A DNA stretch of 64,000 nt from a virus (IMGVR_UViG_3300029653_000083:74236-138235); one strand, 5' to 3'. Shown: positions 18,024-28,439, counted from the stretch's first letter. Program-made: numbers and translations. The notes: generated by a model from the letters alone, not told the origin.

Positions 18024-19031
18024 CTATCCCTTGTGCGTTTTCTCATACCATTCCACGAATCCCAGCATGGCTTGCTGGAATGATGGTTTGAATTCGCCGT
18101 TTACGGGAATGTTTCTGTTGAGTGGCGTGGTCTTATAGTTTTCCGGTAAGGGTGTGGCGCACCATTCGGGTGGTATCCGGTCGGTGAATGGTTCCTCGCA
18201 ATCGTCGCTGAACATGAGTCCTACGGGCTTGCCGTTGAGGAGGATTGTTGCGTGGGGGCTGATTTGTCCTTTCGCCAACCGGTATTCGCCTTTTGTCGTG
18301 TGTATTGGATAGTGGAAGGTTTCAGGTAGTCCTCCCCGCCGGTATTCGTCGCGTAATAGTCGAATCGGATTATAGTAGCGTTCCAATGCGGGGTATGCCC
18401 ATTCGCATCCGCTCCAACAGTCGCGTACCCTGTCCATTCCGTCCCAGTTTTCTTTCGGATTGGGTTGGATGCTGAGTTTGCGGTATCGGTCGGTTTGGCA
18501 CCAGCGGGTGGGATTGTTCAGGGCATAGTTTGGCGTGGTTTGTTCGGCTAACCGTATGAGAGTGCTGAGGGTGCATGAAGCATAATGTTGCTTGTCGTAT
18601 CGTGCGACAAGCCGATACGGGTCGGCATCATCCTTGTTAAACACAGGCTTCAACACGCGTAAATGTTCCTCCGTTACGGGAATATCAAGGTCGGCTGGTA
18701 AACCCAACACTTCCATCCAACCTCCAAGCCTGTTCGTATCCCACTTGTAATCCTTGCAGTATTGCGCTTGCAACAGCCAAACCATCCAACGGCGCACATT
18801 CCGCATCAGTACGGGATGGGACGCGAATTCGAGAGGACGCCCCAGCATGTCATGATTCACATTATCCGGCGTGGTAATACTGGTTCGATTACCGTACTCG
18901 TCCACTGCCGTCACGACGATATTGTGTCCGGCGTCCACAGCCTTGAACATGTCGCTGATGTTGTCTTCCACGAACGTGGGCGGAATGAGACGCGACTGGA
19001 CTTGACCATTAATCGGCACGGAGAGCATCAT
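18024..19031 (-). CDS. hypothetical protein (335 aa)
   Basis: ORF track. Confidence 0.55.
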   Translation of the reverse strand: MMLSVPINGQVQSRLIPPTFVEDNISDMFKAVDAGHNIVVTAVDEYGNRTSITTPDNVNHDMLGRPLEFASHPVLMRNVRRWMVWLLQAQYCKDYKWDTNRLGGWMEVLGLPADLDIPVTEEHLRVLKPVFNKDDADPYRLVARYDKQHYASCTLSTLIRLAEQTTPNYALNNPTRWCQTDRYRKLSIQPNPKENWDGMDRVRDCWSGCEWAYPALERYYNPIRLLRDEYRRGGLPETFHYPIHTTKGEYRLAKGQISPHATILLNGKPVGLMFSDDCEEPFTDRIPPEWCATPLPENYKTTPLNRNIPVNGEFKPSFQQAMLGFVEWYEKTHKG

Positions 19032-19639
19032 TCACCATCCTCACTATTAGAGGCGAGTCGGGTTCGGAGTTCCCTCAACCGGCCTAACCGTTCCTCCATA
19101 GCCTGAATACGAACGTCAACCGCAGTCAACGTGTCACCATCCGGCTCAGACAACTCATACTTGCCGGACGACAGTCGTTCCAGAAAACTGGTTGGAACAT
19201 CCCATACCAATAATCGGAGTTTGTCGGGACTGAGATTCAACCCCGTGTATAAGCCGGTTTTAGGCCACATGCCATCCACGAGAGCCACATTCGGCATCAT
19301 GCGCGGTGGACGGTCGGGCTGATATTTTTCGACTAGGATTCGACCAGCGAACCAGATAATGTCGCTATCCTGCTTGGAGTACGCGTACAAGTAGTCGTAG
19401 GGGTCGATGGTGACTGTGACACGCTTTTCAGCGTCCACGCCCTTATGCCACCAGAAGTATTTGTCTAAAGCTTCGAACACCAGCCTTTCCACACGCATAT
19501 CGAACGTCCAAGTCTTCAACTTGTCATCAAACGTTCCACCCAACGCGCGGGAGCGACGGGCGAACAACGGATTATATGGAGCCTTAACCTTCAAACGGCC
19601 ATCACTGCGAGTGACCGTAATATCATCAAAACCTGCCAT
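19028..19639 (-). CDS. hypothetical protein (203 aa)
   Basis: ORF track; ATGA overlap with downstream gene. Confidence 0.55.
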   Translation of the reverse strand: MAGFDDITVTRSDGRLKVKAPYNPLFARRSRALGGTFDDKLKTWTFDMRVERLVFEALDKYFWWHKGVDAEKRVTVTIDPYDYLYAYSKQDSDIIWFAGRILVEKYQPDRPPRMMPNVALVDGMWPKTGLYTGLNLSPDKLRLLVWDVPTSFLERLSSGKYELSEPDGDTLTAVDVRIQAMEERLGRLRELRTRLASNSEDGE

Positions 19640-19908
19640 GACAGTTTCCTTTCACTCAAACGGCATACTCTGACCAATGCGCTGATAACCTCTAAAGCCC
19701 CACATGGGCGAAGTCCCGAGGAAGGAAATGCAAGTAAACCCAGTGTAACACCAAGCTGGGAAGAAAAACTAGCCGACAAGCATGCCGAGTGAAATACGAT
19801 ACAATCCAAGCCTCACGAAATCTCATCCAAACGATTGAGGAAGCGGAAGATTCTGCGCCACCGCTTCCAGCAGATTACACCCCTCCACCAATCTGGAAAG
19901 TCCGGAAA

Positions 19909-21138
19909 TCACGGGTGAAAAGCCAGCTTCCGCATTTCACAATGCCTCCGATACCACGCTTTCTCCCGAGCGCACAGTCCACGACGGTGAGTTAGACCCG
20001 ACAGTGTGCTCTCATGGCTCGTCCAAGAATCCTGAACTGTCCGCAATCCCACATGCACGCCATCATATGAGCGGATAAGGTTACGCGCATGCCGTCGGCT
20101 TGCACGCAACGCCTTATGGTGCATGCGGATAAGAATACTGCCGTCATCCTGTACGCTGTATACGCGTTTCAGGAATGTGAGTTGACCGGTGCGACAGTCC
20201 ACTATGCGGGTCTTGCGCTTGTTCAACCGCAATCCCAATTGATTGACATGCCGCTCGTAACCGGCCAGCACACGTTCGGCCTGTTCACGATTCTTGCAGA
20301 AACAGTAGGCATCATCCATATACCGTCCGTAGAATCCTTGCGACATGCACCAGTGGTCAACCTTGTTCAAATACCAGATAGCCATGGTTTGGCTTGTCTG
20401 ATTGCCTAAACCCAAGTGAGGTTCGTCCAATACGAAGATTCTCAATACGGTTAGAATCCGTTCCACATCCTGCTTCTCCCGTCCGGTGCGGGCGATGCTC
20501 CGGTACAGGGTGGAAATCATATCGAACGCTCGTTGGGAGCTGATACTTCCGAAATAGTTGGAACAGTCGAAGATGACAGCATACGGATGCTCCCATTTGC
20601 CCAAAGCCCGCTTATAGTGTAGTTCGAACCGTTTTCGGGCGAACGATGTTCCACGTTTCGGTAGGCTTGCCGCATTATCGTATATCAGTTGGCTTTCCAC
20701 GATGGGGACGAGACTGTTGTCGCATAAGGCGCGTTGCACCACCCGGTCTCGGAAGGATACCGCGCTGATGTGGCGGAGTTTGCCTCGTTCGGAAATGTCG
20801 AATCGGATTGGCGCTCTCTTCTTGTATGTGCCGTCCTCTAATTCTTGGGCGAGTTTCCAACAGTTGACGGCACGCCTATTGTCGAAGTTCAACACTGTGT
20901 TTTTCCATGTGACGCCGCGTTTGCATTTTCTTGCGGCTTGGTAGAGCGCGTCGAATCCGAATGTTTGTTGGAAGTCGATGTAACGGTGGAGCTTCCTGTA
21001 CTTATCATCCGAGCGTTGTTGCAGTCTGCGTTGGCGTCTTCTACGTCTTTGACTCGCATTCACGATTTTAATGCTTCCTTCACTAGGGAAAGAGAAAAGA
21101 ATGGTTGAGGGCAGGTCGTCGGCAACAACCCAAGACAT
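19909..21138 (-). CDS. diversity-generating retroelement (DGR) reverse transcriptase
   Basis: RT motifs RHISAVSFRDRVVQRAL, FDCSNYFGSI, YMDDAY. Motif 4 reads LGNQTSQ (SQ signature of DGR RTs rather than the QGxxxSP of group II/retron RTs). TR lies 195 nt upstream. Alternative GTG start ~21060 possible. Confidence 0.85.
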   Translation of the reverse strand: MSWVVADDLPSTILFSFPSEGSIKIVNASQRRRRRQRRLQQRSDDKYRKLHRYIDFQQTFGFDALYQAARKCKRGVTWKNTVLNFDNRRAVNCWKLAQELEDGTYKKRAPIRFDISERGKLRHISAVSFRDRVVQRALCDNSLVPIVESQLIYDNAASLPKRGTSFARKRFELHYKRALGKWEHPYAVIFDCSNYFGSISSQRAFDMISTLYRSIARTGREKQDVERILTVLRIFVLDEPHLGLGNQTSQTMAIWYLNKVDHWCMSQGFYGRYMDDAYCFCKNREQAERVLAGYERHVNQLGLRLNKRKTRIVDCRTGQLTFLKRVYSVQDDGSILIRMHHKALRASRRHARNLIRSYDGVHVGLRTVQDSWTSHESTLSGLTHRRGLCAREKAWYRRHCEMRKLAFHP

Positions 21139-21332
21139 GCAATGATGTTGGACGCCCAGCTTAAGGGGCGAGTATCCGTCGTTCCCGACAGTCTTAATAT
21201 CTCCCTCAACCTATTTCACACGCAACCCATTTTTCGAGGGGCCGCGCATTCGACCATATCCCCTTCCCCTTCGGGAGGCTTTCACCCATTGGGCTACTGG
21301 CCTATCTGATGTTAGTTTTTGGTAAGAGGAAT

Positions 21333-21486
21333 CGGGGACAACGGAGTAGCGATTGTTGGCATTGTTGTTGTAGCTGGGGTCGCCGTTCGAGTTCACTTGG
21401 AGGAAATTGTTGTTGTTGTTCGGGTTGGGCGAACGCTCCCACCAATTGTTGTTGTTAGCACCAAGAGGAGTGGAACCGGAAACGGT
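21333..21486 (-). repeat. DGR template repeat (TR)
   Basis: 154 bp, intergenic; 128/154 identical to 22131..22284; 25/26 mismatches at TR adenines (coding strand). Confidence 0.85.
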
Positions 21487-21528
21487 GTCACCATAGTTTG
21501 GATATGGCCGATTTTGTTCAATTATATT

Positions 21529-22044
21529 TTAGGCTTGCGCCCGAGTATCCATTATAGTGTTCGTTTTCGACTCGGCGTTTTTAGCTTTCTTCAACTGGTC
21601 TCGCTCATACTTGACGGCTCCGGTGAACACGCCCATCGCCTTGTAGAGGGTTCCCGCATAGTTCACGAATTTCTTCTCCTTGACGACGGGATTGTATCTG
21701 GGGTCGCCTTCCGGATATTTCCTGTAGGCTTCCAAGTCTTTTTCCCGTGGAGGAAACTCCATCCAATCGTCCACAAGACCGGAGAGTGAGTTCAGCATGC
21801 CTTGGGCCTTGCACAACAGTTGCAGTTTCATCTCATGCTCTTCTACAGTGCTTGCATAAATGATGTCGGCACTGTAGGCGGAGGAGTACATTTCGTAGGC
21901 GATATGCATGACATGCACGGTTTCAATGCAGTTACGGCTTTTAGGCCATTTGCGGAACAGATTTCTGGTAGCCAAGAGCACGATTCTGGCCTGATTCGCA
22001 TATTCGCTTTTGGCTTTTGTACGTTTGCTTGCGGGAACCGTCAT
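21529..22044 (-). CDS. putative DGR accessory variability determinant (Avd-like, basic helical protein)
   Basis: Position between VR-containing target and TR/RT; basic, helical composition; AAGGAG RBS. Confidence 0.5.
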   Translation of the reverse strand: MTVPASKRTKAKSEYANQARIVLLATRNLFRKWPKSRNCIETVHVMHIAYEMYSSAYSADIIYASTVEEHEMKLQLLCKAQGMLNSLSGLVDDWMEFPPREKDLEAYRKYPEGDPRYNPVVKEKKFVNYAGTLYKAMGVFTGAVKYERDQLKKAKNAESKTNTIMDTRAQA

Positions 22045-22076
22045 AGGACTCCTTTTGTGTGAGATTTGAGTTTGGA

Positions 22077-22104
22077 GGGGTGGTGGGGATGAACCCCACC
22101 ACCC
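22077..22104 (-). other. GC-rich stem-loop downstream of VR (DGR-associated hairpin)
   Basis: GGGGTGGTGGGG-atgaa-CCCCACCACCC; 11-bp stem, 12 nt after target stop codon. Confidence 0.5.
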
Positions 22105-22116
22105 AAGGATTGGGGA

Positions 22117-23049
22117 TTAGAAGGAGAAAGCGGGGACAACGGAGCAGCGATAGCCGGCACTGAAGCCGTAGCCGGGGTCGCCGTACGACTTCACTAGGAG
22201 GAAATAGTAGTTGCCGTCCGGGTCGGGCGAACGCTCCCACCAACTGAGGCTGTCAGCACCAAGAGGAGTGGAACCGGAAACGGTCTTGTAGATGCCGGAG
22301 AGAATGCTATTACCCGACCAGTTATTTGTCACCTTACCGTGGAAATACTCGTATTGGCTTCCCTCCTGATTCAACGCTTGGAAACCACCAGAGGTCTTCC
22401 AACCATCGTATAAGGTTGGTACGAGTTCACGGTAGGAGACGAGCCATACTTTGTCTGCCGTGGCTGACGCGCTTGAACCGACTGTGCTTCCGTAGGCCAT
22501 GTTGTTGGTTTGTTTCAGCACGGTTGTGACGTTGTTTTGGAAGTCGGTTGGGAATTGGTTCCAGATTTCACCATTGTTCATCTGATTGCGGAGAAGACTG
22601 TCACGCCAGCCGCCATTATTGGTGTGACTATTGTTCATGGCATACGCTTTCGGTAACGCGTTCCAAGCCATGAACGTCAATCCTGCTTTTCGTCCACTTC
22701 CGTCGGCTTTGTCGTCGTGGAGGATGCCGATGAGTCGGAATGGGAGGTTCGAGCCGTCTGATAGGGTGAGCGTGCCTTTGACCCCGTCGGTCAGGTTCTT
22801 TTCCATTGCGGCATAGTATGTGCTTCCTTTGCCTTTCTCGCTTAAATCGTCGGCAATCTGTTTCAATCCCGCCGCGTTATAGCCCGCGTAGCAAACCTTG
22901 TCCACGCCAGTATTGCATTTGGCTGGTTCGGCGGCTATTGCACTACCGGTGAGGAAGCCGCCGCAGACCGCGCTCATGATGGCGAGGGTGGCGAGGAGCC
23001 GCCGAACCATGTGACGGCTCCCGTGTGATTGTGTGGCGTGTTCGCCCAT
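22117..23049 (-). CDS. DGR target: secreted variable protein with C-terminal CLec-like variable region
   Basis: Start MGEHATQ with AAAGGAA RBS 12 nt after adhesin stop; signal peptide MVRRLLATLAIMSAVCGGFLTGSAIAAEP; last 51 codons are the VR; ends GYGFSAGYRCSVVPAFSF. Confidence 0.75.
   Translation of the reverse strand: MGEHATQSHGSRHMVRRLLATLAIMSAVCGGFLTGSAIAAEPAKCNTGVDKVCYAGYNAAGLKQIADDLSEKGKGSTYYAAMEKNLTDGVKGTLTLSDGSNLPFRLIGILHDDKADGSGRKAGLTFMAWNALPKAYAMNNSHTNNGGWRDSLLRNQMNNGEIWNQFPTDFQNNVTTVLKQTNNMAYGSTVGSSASATADKVWLVSYRELVPTLYDGWKTSGGFQALNQEGSQYEYFHGKVTNNWSGNSILSGIYKTVSGSTPLGADSLSWWERSPDPDGNYYFLLVKSYGDPGYGFSAGYRCSVVPAFSF
22131..22284 (-). repeat. DGR variable repeat (VR)
   Basis: See TR; lies inside the 3' end of CDS 22117..23049. 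Confidence 0.85.
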
Positions 23050-23060
23050 TCTTGTTCCTT

Positions 23061-26000
23061 TCACTGTTCTTCCTTCTTTCGTAGGAGGATGATTGCCGCG
23101 ACGAGTCCGCTGATGCTGACGAGCATGAGGAGCGGCAACAGCAATCCCATGCCCGTGTGCGGCATGGTCGCCAACCATGTTTCAGGCAGGACACCCGCAT
23201 CCACATGCTCCTTGGTTGGAGCATCTTGGGTGAGGGTGATGGTCAGCTTGTTGGCTTCATCCGTGTAAGCATCCGAATCAGTGGAGCTTCCATCCGTCGC
23301 AGGAGTCTTGTCTCCCACATCCGGCGTGGTGAAGTCCCGGTGGTTCACTTTGGTGAATTGGATACGGTATTTGTTGCCGTTCGCGTCCAGACGTTCGAAA
23401 ATGTACTTGCCATCCTTGTCGGTCTTGGTGGTTGCCAACTGTTTGCCGTTCTCGTCAGTCAGAATGACCGTCTGACCGGCGAAATGCGTGTTCTCACCTT
23501 CATCTTGAATGCCGTTCTTGTTGGTATCCTCCCAATACAGGCCGCTGATGGAACCGAGTTTCTTCGCGGTGGTGGTTGGTGTGATGATGGTGCCGACTTG
23601 GTCGCAGGAGTCCTCATCGGACGTGCTGAACCAGTGTTGGCGTCCTTCCTCCGTATAGTCGGTGTCGGTGCGGCATGTCGGATTGCCGGTCACGTCATTC
23701 GTGTTCGTATCCAGTTTGGATGCGTTCGGAGGGTCCGGCTTGGTTTTGCCGCTTGCATGTGGCGTGCCTGAGTATGGCGTGTGTTCGGAGGTGAACCATG
23801 CTTGGTTGAGAATGGTCTTCGTATTCTTCTTGACCCACTCGTCTTTCTCAGTTGGAGACCACTTGGTAGTATCCGCAGTTTCACGGTCAACGGTGCCAGT
23901 GAAATGGTAGATGACATAGCCGCCCGACTCAATCGCATACGGCAGATTGTACGTGCGGGTCGTCAACCCCTTCTCCGTGGACTCGCTCAACGGTTCGACC
24001 GGTACGGCGGTCGGGTCGGACGATACGACCATTCCCTTCAAACCGGTGGAACGTGCGCCACCCGTCTTGCCGTCACCATACGGGTCGAAGCCCGCAATCA
24101 TGACCTGCTTGCCGACAATGAGCACGTCACGGTCGCCGCCCGCAACGTCGGATGCGGTAATGCCCGTATCGATTGGCGTGGAAACAATATCCGCGTTGCC
24201 GCTCGTACTGCCGTTGGTCCAATACCTGCCTGTACCGGTCTTACCGTTCGCTAATTGGCCGTCACCATTCCAGCCAGCCGCCCACAAGTGTTGGTTCTTG
24301 TCGATGGCGTAGAAAGTGTTGTATCCGCCACCGATACGGGTGATGTACCTCAGATTAGACACATTGGACTGGCCGATACCGCTATCACCTCCGCCGACGA
24401 GCACTATCACTGTACCCGCGTCAGTCAACCCGTAGGCGTTGCCGAATGAGGCGACAACTTGCGTGAAACCAATAGAGAAAAACTCGTCGCCGTCCACCAC
24501 ACAACCGCCGTAGGACGTCAACGCGACCCACCTGTACGTGCTGGCGCTGACCTGCGTGAACGTTTTACCCGACTGGATTTGCGTCCACGTTGAATACGAG
24601 GTGGAACTGACTTTTCCGACCACCCACAAGGTGCCGTCACTTGCTATCGCCACAGTGAACTGGTTGCCGCACGCCACGTCAACAAACGTCTTATCTTCTG
24701 CGACTAGAGTCCACTGGTCACGATTATCCGTATCACCCGTACCCAATTGGCCTTTACCGTTCCAACCAGTCGTGTACAAGTGGCCGTCCGTGCTGATGGC
24801 GGCGGAATGCTTGCCACCGGCGGCGACTTTCAGCCAACTACCGTTGACGATGGTCGGCTTGTTCACGTTCGTTGGGGTAGCGGTATTCGTCGTGTCAGGC
24901 TTGAAACCTAATTGACCATACTGGTTGTTACCCCACGCATACAACAAGCCCTCGTTCGTCAACACAAACTTATGGTCGCCACTCGTCGCAACCTGCTTCG
25001 CACCACCAGACTCGATAGAAACCGTACCGGCGGTAGCGGAAACATCATGCACGTTGGCGCTCATACGGTCAGAAACGACACTGGAAGTATCAAAACGACT
25101 AGTGCCAGAATTCTGTACTTTGACATCCCAGTTGATGACGCATTTCGTATCGGTGCAACTGGTGCCGGTGACGGTTTTGTCCACGGTGGCTTTCGGGTCT
25201 GGTTTCGCATACCCGTAGTCCACGTTCTTCTGGTCTGCGCCGATGCCTAGGTGGATGTCGTCGGACGTGTCTTTCGCGTTGGACTTGATTTTGTTCGACC
25301 AGCTTCGCGTGTTCGTCACGTTTTCGAGCTTGCCATAGTAGGTTTTGACCTGCGTCTGCACGCCATCACCCGTACTGGTGCCAGTGTTGCGTTTCACCGA
25401 AGTACGGTAGGTGCCGGAGTGGAGCAGGTTGAACTCGTAGTAGCCGTCCTTGTCGGTCTTCACCGTTTTGACGGCCTGCCAGCCGCCGCTTGAATCCTGC
25501 TTGCCGAGGGTGACTTCCACTCCTTCGATACGTTCTTCACTGTCACCGATGAGCGTGTTCTCATCCTTATCCCACCAGACGGTGCCGCTGATGCTACCGG
25601 CCACTACCTTCGCCACGTCAGGCCACGGCTGGTTGCCCGCCGGTTTGTCGGAAGCGTCGGAATAATAGTTACGGCCAAGCCACAGCGTGTACTTGTCGTC
25701 TTTCACATTGTCGGATGGGGTGAGCGTGATGGCGCCGTTCACCGCCGAATAGGACAGTTTATCGTCGGACGCGACGACTGTGCTGGTCAGTCGGATGGCG
25801 ATGATGTTCTTCTTCTCGATGGAGGACAATTCATCCCATGTCTTCCACTCGTAGTCAGCCGGATTATCCGACTTCTTTCCGGTGGTGGTTGAATAGTAGA
25901 CGGTCGTACTGGTCGAATTGTCCATATTGACCGTGACGGGCTGGGTCAGTTCGTAGGAGCCATGATAGTTGCTGTATCCACGCTCATATTCGACCAGCTT

Positions 26001-28439
26001 GTCCTGCACGTACTTCTCATCACCATTCGCAGGAAGCAGTAGCATGCTATCCATGGTGCCGGTATGTCCGCCGCCCTTGCCGTACACGTTGAACTCCCAA
26101 GTAAGCGGGTCACTGATTTCAGCCTTCGTGGTCTTCACACGCATGATGCCATTGTTGGTTTCCGCATTGGAGACAGGGAATGGGACGCTGGGCGTATTGC
26201 TTTTGATGGTTTGGGCTTGCAATGCGCCGTTCTCGTCAACGTCCACGCTCATATTCGCACTGGCGGTCACAGTCCCGGTGGCGAGATTGGATACGATGCC
26301 ACTGAAATGCAGGTCAGGCAAAGTGGCCGACCCCATACGGTCTACTTCCGGCGTGACTTTGCCGGAACGTGGCGTGAACACGAGATTATTCCCGTCCACT
26401 TTCATCTGCCAGAACGAATCATCACAGGTCGGATTGTACAAGCCTTTCGGTTTCGGCACCGTGATGGTCGGCGTCATGCTCGTATTGGACAGGAGAATGG
26501 TGCGCAATTGTTCCGTGACCGTATAATCCACTCGCATGCCGGGAGTCAAATCGACTGCGCTTCCGGACGGGTGATTGGAACTGTTGTTCGCATACACTTG
26601 ATTGCCTTCACCATCGTAGGCTTTTAGACTGATGTCGATACTGGTGGTCGGGTCTACCGGCTTGGCAATCCACACCCAATTGGTGACGCTCGCCTTATCG
26701 TCTTCGGTAAGCCATGCGGTCAGCGTATCCAAAGCTTCCACATTGCCTTTGGACACGTCGGCTATGGCGAGCGTGTTGAACGTGACCTGAACGTTCGGCG
26801 CACCCTTTCCCAAAGTCAAAGTGTCGGGGTTGAACGTCACCCGAATCTTCTTGACGTTCGGAGCGTCTGTGTCGGATGGTTCCCCGTCATGCCAATTGTC
26901 TTTGCTATCATCCCATTGAACTTTGTAGTCGGAAACCGGAGCGCCGTTCTGGGTGACTTCCAAGCTTCCATCCCACCGCATGCGCGTATTATCCCACTCG
27001 TCCTGCATGGTCGGCGTAGTGTTTTTAAGCTTGTCCGCCGTAACGTTCGCCGCATACATTTCCAAAATGGTTTTGACTTGCGTTCCACGGGACACGGTGT
27101 CGCCGGAACCGTCGGAATAGTAATGGTAGATGTCGGCTTTGCCTTCGGCGGCGTCGAACGTCAGATTCTCCTTGTCGAACATGGTCTTGGACGCAGTGTT
27201 AGGACGTTGCAGTCCTTTGCCGAACAGTGGAATCTTGCCAGCTGGAGTCGGCTTGAGCCGTTGGATGATGGCTCGTGACCAGTCATTATTCGCGTACGGG
27301 TAGCCGACGCGGGCACCCGTATCCTTGTTGTAGGTGCTCTTGTCCCGTCCAATGTTCCAGCCGGGTTCTCCACCTTTGCCCATGTTCAACAGTGCGTCGC
27401 CGTTATCGTCTTTGACGCTGAACACGGTTTCGTCGGGAACAAGGTGGACATCGTAATATTTGACGTCTCCTTCTTTCATGTTTTTGAGCGCGTCGGTTCC
27501 GGCGGGAATCCTGTAGCTGATTGTCGCCGCCGCACCGTTCTTGCCACTGGATACGGTCAGATACTGTTCTTTATCACTGTTACGGGTAATCCGCTGACCG
27601 CCTACAGTCCACACGGTGTTCTGCGGGAAGTCGGAAATATCCACTTTGGTAGTCCAATCGATGCTGGTGGACGCGCCCTTCGTGGACGAATAACCCGGAT
27701 AGGTCAACGCGTCGGCACGAATAGTGAAATCGCCGGTCGCGTCGGTGTTCTGACTCCAATAAGTACGATGCTCATACGAGTATTGGCCTTTCACCGGATT
27801 GCCGCCATTGTCAATGACCAAGTCAGCCGCCGGAGCGGATACTACAGTCAGCTCATCCGTACGATACGTGGTTGACGTTCCACCTTCGCGGGCGACGACG
27901 ATTTTCGGAATCTGACCCGGCTTGACCAAGCCTCCCGTGTCTTTTGCTTTCAGATAGAAGGTTTGGGTCATGGTTTCCACGCCACCGGCTGGAACCGTGT
28001 AGGAGCAGGAGCCGTCACTGTTTTTCTTCGCGGTGACGAGTTGTCCCGGCTGGCAGAAGCCACCACCGTCAGCAGTCTGCAAATACGGCGCGTCGTCCAA
28101 GTCGAACTTCACGTTGATGGTACGCTTGCCCGCCGCGTTGAAGTTCAACGTCAATGAATATTCGACCGTATCACCGGATGCGACCACGCCATCGGTAGGG
28201 GAATCATCGCCCGTGGCGAACCCGTTCTTCGAATTCACGAACGTTTGCGAACTCGTGCCATGCCCCGTACCGTCGGCTTTCTTAACGATTTTCGCAGTAG
28301 CATACGCAGGTTTCAACTCGTCCGCATGCGCTTTTGGAGAGGCTACCGGATTGGTCATGCATGTCAGGCCGGATGCCAGTGTGGCGATTGCGGCCAATAA
28401 TGCTACCGGATGTGCCACATGCTTTTTGAGAATACCCAT
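23061..28439 (-). CDS. giant cell-wall-anchored adhesin (RCC1 beta-propeller repeats, CnaB/SdrD-B-like domains, MPHTG sorting signal)
   Basis: Signal peptide; RCC1 repeats (YAWGNNQYGQLG, TTGWNGKGQLGTG); GxxWxDxNxNGxxD CnaB-like motifs twice; C-terminal TMPHTG + hydrophobic + RKKEEQ. Confidence 0.8.
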   Translation of the reverse strand: MGILKKHVAHPVALLAAIATLASGLTCMTNPVASPKAHADELKPAYATAKIVKKADGTGHGTSSQTFVNSKNGFATGDDSPTDGVVASGDTVEYSLTLNFNAAGKRTINVKFDLDDAPYLQTADGGGFCQPGQLVTAKKNSDGSCSYTVPAGGVETMTQTFYLKAKDTGGLVKPGQIPKIVVAREGGTSTTYRTDELTVVSAPAADLVIDNGGNPVKGQYSYEHRTYWSQNTDATGDFTIRADALTYPGYSSTKGASTSIDWTTKVDISDFPQNTVWTVGGQRITRNSDKEQYLTVSSGKNGAAATISYRIPAGTDALKNMKEGDVKYYDVHLVPDETVFSVKDDNGDALLNMGKGGEPGWNIGRDKSTYNKDTGARVGYPYANNDWSRAIIQRLKPTPAGKIPLFGKGLQRPNTASKTMFDKENLTFDAAEGKADIYHYYSDGSGDTVSRGTQVKTILEMYAANVTADKLKNTTPTMQDEWDNTRMRWDGSLEVTQNGAPVSDYKVQWDDSKDNWHDGEPSDTDAPNVKKIRVTFNPDTLTLGKGAPNVQVTFNTLAIADVSKGNVEALDTLTAWLTEDDKASVTNWVWIAKPVDPTTSIDISLKAYDGEGNQVYANNSSNHPSGSAVDLTPGMRVDYTVTEQLRTILLSNTSMTPTITVPKPKGLYNPTCDDSFWQMKVDGNNLVFTPRSGKVTPEVDRMGSATLPDLHFSGIVSNLATGTVTASANMSVDVDENGALQAQTIKSNTPSVPFPVSNAETNNGIMRVKTTKAEISDPLTWEFNVYGKGGGHTGTMDSMLLLPANGDEKYVQDKLVEYERGYSNYHGSYELTQPVTVNMDNSTSTTVYYSTTTGKKSDNPADYEWKTWDELSSIEKKNIIAIRLTSTVVASDDKLSYSAVNGAITLTPSDNVKDDKYTLWLGRNYYSDASDKPAGNQPWPDVAKVVAGSISGTVWWDKDENTLIGDSEERIEGVEVTLGKQDSSGGWQAVKTVKTDKDGYYEFNLLHSGTYRTSVKRNTGTSTGDGVQTQVKTYYGKLENVTNTRSWSNKIKSNAKDTSDDIHLGIGADQKNVDYGYAKPDPKATVDKTVTGTSCTDTKCVINWDVKVQNSGTSRFDTSSVVSDRMSANVHDVSATAGTVSIESGGAKQVATSGDHKFVLTNEGLLYAWGNNQYGQLGFKPDTTNTATPTNVNKPTIVNGSWLKVAAGGKHSAAISTDGHLYTTGWNGKGQLGTGDTDNRDQWTLVAEDKTFVDVACGNQFTVAIASDGTLWVVGKVSSTSYSTWTQIQSGKTFTQVSASTYRWVALTSYGGCVVDGDEFFSIGFTQVVASFGNAYGLTDAGTVIVLVGGGDSGIGQSNVSNLRYITRIGGGYNTFYAIDKNQHLWAAGWNGDGQLANGKTGTGRYWTNGSTSGNADIVSTPIDTGITASDVAGGDRDVLIVGKQVMIAGFDPYGDGKTGGARSTGLKGMVVSSDPTAVPVEPLSESTEKGLTTRTYNLPYAIESGGYVIYHFTGTVDRETADTTKWSPTEKDEWVKKNTKTILNQAWFTSEHTPYSGTPHASGKTKPDPPNASKLDTNTNDVTGNPTCRTDTDYTEEGRQHWFSTSDEDSCDQVGTIITPTTTAKKLGSISGLYWEDTNKNGIQDEGENTHFAGQTVILTDENGKQLATTKTDKDGKYIFERLDANGNKYRIQFTKVNHRDFTTPDVGDKTPATDGSSTDSDAYTDEANKLTITLTQDAPTKEHVDAGVLPETWLATMPHTGMGLLLPLLMLVSISGLVAAIILLRKKEEQ

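Noticed and set aside
19909-21138. Group II intron or retron RT interpretation
   Set aside because: Motif 4 is GNQTSQ (the DGR signature) rather than QGxxxSP. No intron domain V/VI-like structure flanks the gene. An adenine-specific TR/VR pair is present.
21211-21789. ORF-track ORFs 21319..21789 (+) and 21211..21396 (-) overlapping the repeat
   Set aside because: They are translations of the DGR template repeat, giving poly-Val/Ile/Gly on plus and Asn-rich NNNANN on minus. They lie in the intergenic gap between the avd-like gene and the RT with no RBS.
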